Shown here one piece after another: positions 30,650-37,291 of a stretch of 44,825 bases of DNA (positions are counted from its first letter, which is position 1; every line of letters begins with the position of its first letter). The stretch comes from an uncultured bacterium. GTDB lineage: Bacteria; Desulfobacterota; Binatia; HRBIN30. The translations under genes were made by a program, and so were the position numbers. The stretch spans positions 1 through 44,825 of the forward strand of contig CALJUJ010000119.1 of the NCBI GenBank assembly GCA_937975525.1. The letters run 5' to 3'. The notes below the pieces were generated by a model. That model did not search any database, had not been told where the DNA came from, and was given only the letters and a program-made list of their open reading frames with translations.

Positions 30650-31195
30650 TCATCTCGAACCGAACTCTACCCATGCGGCGTCGAGCACACCGTCGATGAT
30701 GTCTCCGCGGATTGGGTGGTTCGGGTGCGCCTCTAGCATCTTGGCAACTTCTCGGTGAGCCGTGGCCTGCGCCTTGACGACCTCGCAGCAGCGTGCATGA
30801 GAGGCCGCGAGCGTGCTGGCCATGGCATCGACGCCCACGGTGGGTTGTTGTTCGCGCCAGAGGCGTAGCGCCTCGAAGTGGTCTTGACACTTCACGCGGG
30901 GCGTTTGCCCCATCTCGAAGTCGAAGGCCATTCTGTCGAGTGCCTGCGCTCGTGGTGGCTCAAGTCGCGAGCCGAGGACCTCGCACTCGGCCGCGGGTCC
31001 GCCGAGGATCACGTCGAGTTGGACGTCGAATGGCTCATGGCGCAGTTCGCAGTGGCTTGCGCGGCCAGAGCCATCATCGCAAGCGATGGCCCGGCGGATG
31101 AAGAGTTGGTGATGCCGAAGGAGTAGAACGTGCCCAGCTTCGTGGACGGCAGCTCGTCGGAGCTCAGTTGCGTGAATGATAGGATCTTGCGTCAT
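30650..31195 (-). CDS. Stand-alone M41 (FtsH-type)-like zinc metallopeptidase domain protein
   Basis: Start at MTQDPIIH (AAGGGAG SD upstream). AAVHEAGHVLL (HExxH) followed by VILGGPAAECEVLG parallels HEAGHA...GGRAAEE of FtsH. No AAA+ module or TM segment. Confidence 0.6.
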   Translation of the reverse strand: MTQDPIIHATELRRAAVHEAGHVLLLRHHQLFIRRAIACDDGSGRASHCELRHEPFDVQLDVILGGPAAECEVLGSRLEPPRAQALDRMAFDFEMGQTPRVKCQDHFEALRLWREQQPTVGVDAMASTLAASHARCCEVVKAQATAHREVAKMLEAHPNHPIRGDIIDGVLDAAWVEFGSR

Positions 31196-31261
31196 GGCTC
31201 CCTTGGCGCGAAAGCGTCGTCGCTTTGCCAAGCCCGAGTAGGCATGGTACCCTCCCGCCAT

Positions 31262-31279
31262 GGAGCTCCAAGGAGCTCC
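31262..31279. promoter_or_regulatory. Tandem 8-bp palindromes GGAGCTCC-AA-GGAGCTCC, candidate operator of the peptidase/PIN-GNAT-ASCH/ASCH operon
   Basis: Two identical self-complementary octamers 10 bp apart, 67-84 nt upstream of ATG 31195. A long imperfect palindrome CTTGGCgcgAAAGCG-tcgt-CGCTTTGCCAAG at 31202-31233 abuts the SD. Confidence 0.35.
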
Positions 31280-32750
31280 TCGTCGTCAGAACTCGAAACA
31301 CAGTCTGACGTCGCCTCGAAGTGCCGCAGCATCGCCCGGCAAACCTGGCAGCCACCAGGCTAAGGGGGCAGGGTTCACCGCCTGCCGTGATGCCGGCTCG
31401 TAGCGCTGGATGCCCGGAGACGGGCTCGTCCAGTGCGAGAGAGGCTTGAGCGAGTAATCCGTTCGAATCCAGTTGGGCCAAGGTGTCCGCGCTCTCGGGA
31501 TCGGTTCCGAGGGGTGCGGTGCCCCTCTCCCAGACGCTTGTCGAACGTCAATCCGCTCATTCTATCTCATGGTGATCCCGCGCTTCGGAGGCGGGACGAC
31601 CGAGACACGCCACGCGGCGAAACTCCGTGTGGTCGTGGATGACGAAGTCGGTGAGGTAGCGAAGGCGCCGAACACCCCGCTTGCCCCGCACGATGATGAC
31701 TCGTGCGACTGCTCGTCCGCCGTGGCGGGTGCAACCGAGCAAGCGAGGAAGTGGCGTGCTGCCAAATCCACCTGCGGGGTCCGGGCCCGGTTGTCGTGTT
31801 CGACGCCGCGTCCGTTCAACGCAAGCCAGCGCCGGGAGCTCGATCGCCGCGAGGCGAATCGACCGGGCCCGACAAGCCCGGGGACCGAGGGAAAGCCCCT
31901 CGGCCGTGAAAAGTTCAACGGTGAAAGGCCCGCGAGGGCTTGCTGGTCAGAAGCATGGGAGACGGTGCCGAACTGCGAACGCACCTGTCCGGTCTGTAAG
32001 GCGGAGCTTCTGCATTCTGCCGCCTGAAATCCCGGAGGACCTGCTCTGGGGAGAGTGAAGCATCGGTCGGGAGACCAGGCTTCACGGGCTCGTGCCGCGG
32101 CGTGAAACGCCGCTAGCAACGTGACCCATGCTTCGACGTGATCCACTAATCGGGGAAGGACTCGAGCTGCCGGGGAGGTGCCCGGTGCCTGGCTGTCGAC
32201 CAGGTGATTCAAAGGCTCGAGTCTGGGAGCGAGCTGCAAGTAGAAGTCGGGCGGGAGCCCGAGCGGTGGCGAGACCGAAGGGTCTCGAAGGAGTCTTCGT
32301 GCGACTCCTTCCTGGCAAGGCAGTCAGGACCCGCGTTCGCGCACGCCGGTTGGCCCCGGCGAGCACACGCGACGACGAAAGCAGCGACGAGCGAACGAAA
32401 CGTCACTCGAGGTGACGGTTGCTTGGTAAGCACGACTTGTGGCTGCAGGGGGTAAGGAAGTGCTCCGGGAGGAGCCGCCCCCTGCGGCGACAGGATGACG
32501 ATGGACGCCGGAGGTTTATCCGGCGGCCGTCGCAAGGAGGTCTTGCGCAACCATCATGGATTGGACACGCCCTGCGGGCGTGCGATCTGGAATGTGGGTA
32601 TGCGCGCAACGAGGTTGCCAAGGAGGTGATCAGCATGGTTGGGGCGATGGCCGCTGGCCGGAAGGTTCAGCGGCTTGGAGCGTGCCCGTGAACGCTCCGC
32701 ACTTGTCCGTTCCGTGGAGCGGAGAGGTGCCAGGAAGTTGTAGGTGCAGT
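31280..32750. other. ~1.45 kb ORF-poor, hairpin-dense region (candidate large structured RNA, origin-like region or decayed genes)
   Basis: No ORF with protein-like sequence in any frame. Many short GC stems, several with GNRA-type or GAAA-containing loops: GCCC-GCGA-GGGC near 31928, GCGGCG-TGAAA-CGCCGC near 32097, GAGGG-AAAG-CCCCTC near 31887. Confidence 0.3.
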
Positions 32751-32751
32751 T

Positions 32752-33450
32752 GTGAACTACAGGTGTGAAGCCACGTCCGTGGCGGGGTTCGTCCAGCAGC
32801 TCGCGTGCTGCTACGTCCGCCACGGCTACCACCACTACGTCGTCGGCGAGATCCCGCCGCACAAGGACCCGCGCGCCGTGGATGCGCGGATGGTCGAGCG
32901 CTACGAGCTCGGTGTGTCGAAGTTCGTGCGTGCGCGGCGCAAGCGTGCGGGCCTACCCAACGTTCAGTACATCAGGTTTCGGCGCTTCTTCGTGCTCTGT
33001 GCGACCTCACCGCGCGAGGGGCACCGGTTCTACGAAGAGCATGCAGCCAGCCAGATCCGGAGCATCCACGAGCAGCCGATCGCCTTCGCTGGCTACTCGA
33101 TCGGCTGGCATCGGGGTGCTGATCGTCGCTGGCACGTCTCGGTGCGGATCCACCCCGAGCGCTACCGGTCGCTGAAGGCCTACCTGCTCGAGCTAGCGTG
33201 CCGGCGCTCTGTCAAGCAGATCGCCGGCGAGTTCACGCGACTGGGATTCGAGCCCTACGCGCCAGTGCGGCGGCAGTTCTTGTCGTTGCTCAAGGCCGTG
33301 AACAAGGAACGCAAGGTCGCAGGCATGGCGCAAGTGCCTGTGGAGTGTCTGCGCCTTCGGCGTGAGGTGGTTCGGCCGTTCGGCTTGGTCAGCCGCATTG
33401 CCTGCGACGACGAGGTCCACTGCGAGTCAGATGTCCGGAGGGCGGTGTGA
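32752..33450 (+). CDS. Hypothetical protein (232 aa), function not recognised
   Basis: Protein-like composition with high third-position GC. Translationally coupled (GTGA) to a small zinc-ribbon ORF. The start could be an internal GTG near 32779. Confidence 0.5.
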   Translation: MNYRCEATSVAGFVQQLACCYVRHGYHHYVVGEIPPHKDPRAVDARMVERYELGVSKFVRARRKRAGLPNVQYIRFRRFFVLCATSPREGHRFYEEHAASQIRSIHEQPIAFAGYSIGWHRGADRRWHVSVRIHPERYRSLKAYLLELACRRSVKQIAGEFTRLGFEPYAPVRRQFLSLLKAVNKERKVAGMAQVPVECLRLRREVVRPFGLVSRIACDDEVHCESDVRRAV

Positions 33451-33599
33451 AACCGATTCGAGTCTGTCACGACTGCGGCACGCCCTGGGCGCGACACGTT
33501 GCGCGGTGTCCGGGGTGTGGGCAGTGCCGAAACGGTGCTGAGCAGCTCGCCATGCTGGTTGTTCTTGTCGCGTGGCTCGTCGGAGTGTTTCGCTGGTAG
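33447..33599 (+). CDS. Small zinc-ribbon protein with a C-terminal TM helix (50 aa, absent from the ORF track)
   Basis: VKPIRVCHDCGTPWARHVARCPGCGQCRNGAEQLAMLVVLVAWLVGVFRW has CxxC-x12-CxxC then a hydrophobic tail. GTG 33447 overlaps the upstream TGA. Confidence 0.4.
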   Translation: MKPIRVCHDCGTPWARHVARCPGCGQCRNGAEQLAMLVVLVAWLVGVFRW

Positions 33600-33788
33600 T
33601 GCGGCGCAAGTCTGAGATTCTTGGCTCTCACCTACTCTCTCCGGCTCGCGCGTGATTGAGTCCACCCTGGGTCGGGTCCAGGCAAGAGCCTGACGTGTGC
33701 TCCCATCGATACGCAGATCGACCGACGAGCTGGTGCACCGGTTGGTGGGGGCAGTGTTCGTCAACCCGCCACCAGTCCGGCTACGTAC

Positions 33789-33811
33789 AAGACGCACTCT
33801 CAGTGCGTCTT
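33789..33811. terminator. Bidirectional hairpin between convergent genes
   Basis: AAGACGCAC-TCTCA-GTGCGTCTT is a perfect 9-bp stem, located between the ends of 33447-33599 (+) and 33816-34538 (-). No U-tract. Confidence 0.45.
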
Positions 33812-33815
33812 CACG

Positions 33816-34538
33816 TCAGGCGCGAGTTGTCTCTCGAGACGGCATCTCGTCCCAGACCCTGCCGTCGAGCAGGCGCCCGGTCTTCTTCTTGTTCGTGCCT
33901 CCCCACTGCTTGAAGAAGAACGGGACACCATCCGCTGCGCAGGCGTCCCGGAGGTGTCGAACCCACTCGGGGGCAATCAGCCGTGCGCCAGGTCCGGACT
34001 CTCCACCGACGATGACCCAGCCGATGCCGGTCAGGTCGATCTCGGTCAGCGGGCCCAGCAACGGCTCGAGCGAGAGGAAGCGGACGTTGGCGGGGACGGT
34101 TCGCAGGTCGTCGATCCGGTCGAGGTAGTCGGCGCTCTCGACACTCACACCCATCCAGACGTTCTCAGGCCAGGGCAGCTGTGGGGCGACTTCTCGAAGT
34201 CGATCCGCGCGCTTCGTCAAGATCTGGAAGGTGTGCTGAGGCGCTTGCTCCATCGTCCGGAACACGCGTTGGATGAACGGTGTCGGCACGTCCTTGTGGA
34301 ACAGGTCGCTCATCGAGTTGACGAACACGAGTCGGGGTTTCCGCCAGCGAAGCGGGATGTCGAGCATGTGCTCCTGGAGCGTGAGCTGGAATCCCCTGGC
34401 GTAGTTGGCTTGTCCCATCGCCTGTAGGCGTTTGGCCATGCGCTCCGCGTAGCAGTGTTTGCAGCCTGGGCTGGTCTTCGTGCAGCCCGTCACCGGGTTC
34501 CACGTGGCGTTTGTCCACTCGATTGTTGATCGACTCAT
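33816..34538 (-). CDS. DUF5131 (phage Gp37/Gp68 family) three-Cys-motif protein
   Basis: [38 protein letters not shown] is the hallmark N-terminus. AGGAGG lies 5 nt upstream of ATG 34538. Confidence 0.85.
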   Translation of the reverse strand: MSRSTIEWTNATWNPVTGCTKTSPGCKHCYAERMAKRLQAMGQANYARGFQLTLQEHMLDIPLRWRKPRLVFVNSMSDLFHKDVPTPFIQRVFRTMEQAPQHTFQILTKRADRLREVAPQLPWPENVWMGVSVESADYLDRIDDLRTVPANVRFLSLEPLLGPLTEIDLTGIGWVIVGGESGPGARLIAPEWVRHLRDACAADGVPFFFKQWGGTNKKKTGRLLDGRVWDEMPSRETTRA

Positions 34539-34655
34539 CGGCACCTCCTAGTTGTTGTGATGTGGCCTGTCCGGCGGTCGGCGCGCGCCGATGACTGCGT
34601 GGACGCTCACACTCTTGTGCAACGAAGCCAGCAGGTGAGTGAGAGACGCGAGGCC

Positions 34656-34832
34656 CTAGTCCGGGAGAAGTCGAAGCGTCGAGCTCACGCCTTCTGCGAC
34701 GGCGCCTTGGACATCGCGTTGGCGCGTGAGGGAATCGAAAGACGCGATCAGCCGTAGGAGGTCGCACGCGAAGTCGCGGGCGCCAACTACTTGGCCGGGA
34801 TCGCGATCTCGAGAACTGGGTGGTGGGATCAT
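34656..34832 (-). CDS. Possible small protein (58 aa) between the ClpX-like and DUF5131 genes
   Basis: ATG preceded by AGGTGA at 8 nt. Helical-looking FACDLLRLIASFDSLTRQRDVQGAVAEGV. No recognisable family. Confidence 0.25.
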   Translation of the reverse strand: MIPPPSSRDRDPGQVVGARDFACDLLRLIASFDSLTRQRDVQGAVAEGVSSTLRLLPD

Positions 34833-34999
34833 GCTCGGCGTCACCTGCTGTGGTCTGGGTTGCTGGGTGCTTCCAAACCACCGTAGGTCGCGGATTCCGT
34901 AGGACCATCCCACCCGGCGGCCCTCTCGTTTCCGTATACGTGCACACGTCGCGAAGCCGCTGCCGCGGATCGCGTTCGGTTGCGGCCGTCCGTCGATGT

Positions 35000-36493
35000 T
35001 TACTTTTGAGGCCCCTCCGTGAAGCCGAGGTCTTGCCCGTCTCGGGCCCCGTCCGCGGATGGGTTCAGCTTCGGCTTCGAGTCCAGCTCGTCCTTCAGCC
35101 GCTTGTAGTCCAGGTAGTGGAAGATGCCCTGGATGCTGTTCGTCGCCGAACAGACGAACGCCGTGAAGAGCTCGGCGATGGTCGCCTCCCTCTTCGTCAG
35201 CTCCTCCGCGACGCGGAGCACGACGCGCGGATCGGGCTCGCGCGCGTCCACGAATCGTTGCCACCATGTCCGGGCGGACTTGGGAGCTGCCTCGATCTCG
35301 AGGCTCGGAAGAACCTCTTCGAGCCGTTCACGAATCTGGTCGTGGGTCCAGCCCCTCGTGTTCGTGATGCCATCGACACGGCCGAACTCGCGCGTGACGA
35401 ATCGAGGAAGCGCCGGGCGGTCCTCCTCCGCCGCCCGCCTCGAAGCGCCGTAGAAGAAGCGGGCCTTCTGTCCCTCGTCCACGGTCCTGCGGGTGACCTC
35501 GATGCGATCCACGGTCCTCTGGTCCTGAAGAAGACGCCAGATCGTCGGCTCGAGCGCCTGCGTTGCGACCCGGTCCAGCGCTCGAGCTCCCGTCCCGAGG
35601 GACAGCGCACGTCGGGCGATGGCTCGCATGGCTCCCTTCGAAACCGAGAGCTTTGCGCCGTGTCTTGCGGCGAATGCTTGGGTGCTGTGGATGACCGATG
35701 CCTTGGAGTCCGAGAGCACGCGTTCGAGCTCGTTGAGCGTCAGGGGTCGCAGCCGGGCGACGGTCGTGAAGCGCCCGAGCAGCTCCGGGATCATGCCGAA
35801 CTCGACCAGAGCTCCGTGGCCATCGAGTTCCAGGGTGCCTGTATCGGGATCACCTTGGATGCATGCGAACCCGAGAGACCCATGCTGGTGGTGGGAGTCG
35901 AGGATCTGCTCGATCCCAGGGAACGCACCGGCGCAGACGAACAGGATCCCGCGCGTGCTGACCATCATGGTTTCGTCTTCTCGGCGAATGGCAACCTTGG
36001 CGCCGTCCATGAGCTTCAGCAGGGACTGCTGCACGCCTTCGCCAGAGACGTCCCTCGAGATGTCACTTACCCGCCGCTTCTTGTCGATCTCGTCGATGAA
36101 GATGATCCCGCGTTCGGCGCGTCGGACGTCCCCCTCTGCTGCGTGTAGTAGGCGATGAACGACGCTGTCGACATGCTCTCCCGAGTAGCCGACCTCCACG
36201 AGGTTCGTCGCGGAGCACGTGGCGATGGGGGTGTCGATCAGCCTGCCGAGCTCGCGGACGAGCCGGGTCTTGCCGCAGCCGGTCGGGCCAACGAGCAGGA
36301 CGTGTTGCGGGCCGAACGCGGGCGTGTTGTGTCCCGAGTCCATCGAGAGTCCCAGCTGGTGGCGGTAGACGGCCAACGACAGGGCGCGTTTTGCGTTGTC
36401 CTGGCCGATGATGACCCCGCCCGAGATCGGGTGTGATGCGGTCCGCGATCTGGTCGTCCGGTACGTCGAGCAGACCGGTGATCGGGAGTTCAT
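35000..36493 (-). CDS. ClpX-like AAA+ unfoldase without the N-terminal zinc finger, with a ~150-aa C-terminal extension
   Basis: VIIGQDNAKRALSLAVYRH; Walker A GPTGCGKT; pore-loop region EVGYSGEHVDSVV (GYSG versus ClpX GYVG); Walker B IIFIDEIDK; HGSLGFA at the position of the ClpX IGF loop; GRFTTVARLRPLTLNEL. Start is ATG 36493 or TTG 36529. Confidence 0.8.
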   Translation of the reverse strand: MNSRSPVCSTYRTTRSRTASHPISGGVIIGQDNAKRALSLAVYRHQLGLSMDSGHNTPAFGPQHVLLVGPTGCGKTRLVRELGRLIDTPIATCSATNLVEVGYSGEHVDSVVHRLLHAAEGDVRRAERGIIFIDEIDKKRRVSDISRDVSGEGVQQSLLKLMDGAKVAIRREDETMMVSTRGILFVCAGAFPGIEQILDSHHQHGSLGFACIQGDPDTGTLELDGHGALVEFGMIPELLGRFTTVARLRPLTLNELERVLSDSKASVIHSTQAFAARHGAKLSVSKGAMRAIARRALSLGTGARALDRVATQALEPTIWRLLQDQRTVDRIEVTRRTVDEGQKARFFYGASRRAAEEDRPALPRFVTREFGRVDGITNTRGWTHDQIRERLEEVLPSLEIEAAPKSARTWWQRFVDAREPDPRVVLRVAEELTKREATIAELFTAFVCSATNSIQGIFHYLDYKRLKDELDSKPKLNPSADGARDGQDLGFTEGPQK

Positions 36494-36521
36494 GCGGGCA
36501 TGGAAGGTCGTCACGCGATCG

Positions 36522-36926
36522 ATGCCCAACCCGAGTCACTTCGTTCGGCAGGTCGCGGAGGGGCGCGACGCGGACCTCGAGCAGATCGAAGAAGACTGTC
36601 TCAGCGGCGAGGTAGGGGCCTCAACCGCAACCTTGCTCGCGAGGTTCTACGACGCGTACGAGCGGGACATCGAGGAACTCGAGACCTTCATCACGTGCCA
36701 ACGTCTGGTGGGTGGACTCATCTCCGCAACGCTGAAGGATGCTCACCGGCGCATTCGTGCGGTCGAAGCGTCGGAGCGGGCGCGAAGGATCAAGCGCAGG
36801 GAAAGCGAGAATCGCGGTCCCTACTCGGTCAGCAACCGGACTCCCGTTCAGTCGCTCGCGGAACGACGAAAGCTGCTGGGAATCGCGATCCAGCAGTCCG
36901 TGCCCAAGACGAAGAGGGGTTGGTAA
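36522..36926 (+). CDS. Hypothetical protein upstream of xis/int
   Basis: Open frame with helical, charged sequence (ARFYDAYERDIEELETF...). Same strand as xis and contiguous with it. Start uncertain (36396-36522). Confidence 0.4.
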   Translation: MPNPSHFVRQVAEGRDADLEQIEEDCLSGEVGASTATLLARFYDAYERDIEELETFITCQRLVGGLISATLKDAHRRIRAVEASERARRIKRRESENRGPYSVSNRTPVQSLAERRKLLGIAIQQSVPKTKRGW

Positions 36927-36952
36927 GTTTGGGCGAGTTCTCTCCAGAACCG

Positions 36953-37291
36953 ATGCGCGACGAAGGTGGTCACCTTCTCCCATCCGTGCCCGATTCTGAC
37001 GTCGGTCCGCGGCACACCGATGTGCTCGCGAACCTCGTTGCGCGGCTCGAAATCGCTCTGGAGAAGAAGCTCGAAGAGATCGAACAGCGCCTACGCACAC
37101 GCACGACCCTGCGAAAGATGTTCACCGAACGCGACCTTGCCGAGCTCCTTCAATGCGACGTGCGAACGGTCCGTCGGCTGGAGAAGGCTGGCGACCTGCC
37201 GGCAGCGATCCGCTTCGGCGGCTCGAAGCGGTGGCGGGTGCGCACGATCGAGGAGTGGCTGGACGCGATGTCCGAGGAGTCGAACCGGTGA
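36953..37291 (+). CDS. xis: Excisionase-family (AlpA/MerR-like HTH) DNA-binding protein
   Basis: MFTERDLAELLQCDVRTVRRLEKAGDLPAAIRFGGSKRWRVRTIEEWL is the typical excisionase HTH plus wing. Its TGA overlaps the integrase GTG (GTGA at 37288-37291). Confidence 0.75.
   Translation: MRDEGGHLLPSVPDSDVGPRHTDVLANLVARLEIALEKKLEEIEQRLRTRTTLRKMFTERDLAELLQCDVRTVRRLEKAGDLPAAIRFGGSKRWRVRTIEEWLDAMSEESNR

Noticed and set aside
31455-31485. tRNA T-loop-like string CCGTTCGAATCCAGTTGGGCCA, as a possible second att remnant or tRNA/tmRNA gene
   Set aside because: No T-stem partner exists for CCAGT, and no acceptor or anticodon arms can be folded from the upstream sequence. It cannot be called a tRNA or a tRNA fragment with confidence.
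31280-32750. Group II intron or retron interpretation of the ORF-poor region
   Set aside because: GTGCGAC strings occur near 31702 and 32299. However, I found no domain V-like 34-nt hairpin (AGC…GNRA…bulge) on either strand and no reverse transcriptase or maturase ORF. The shared 10-mer TCGTGCGACT is within chance expectation for 1.5 kb.
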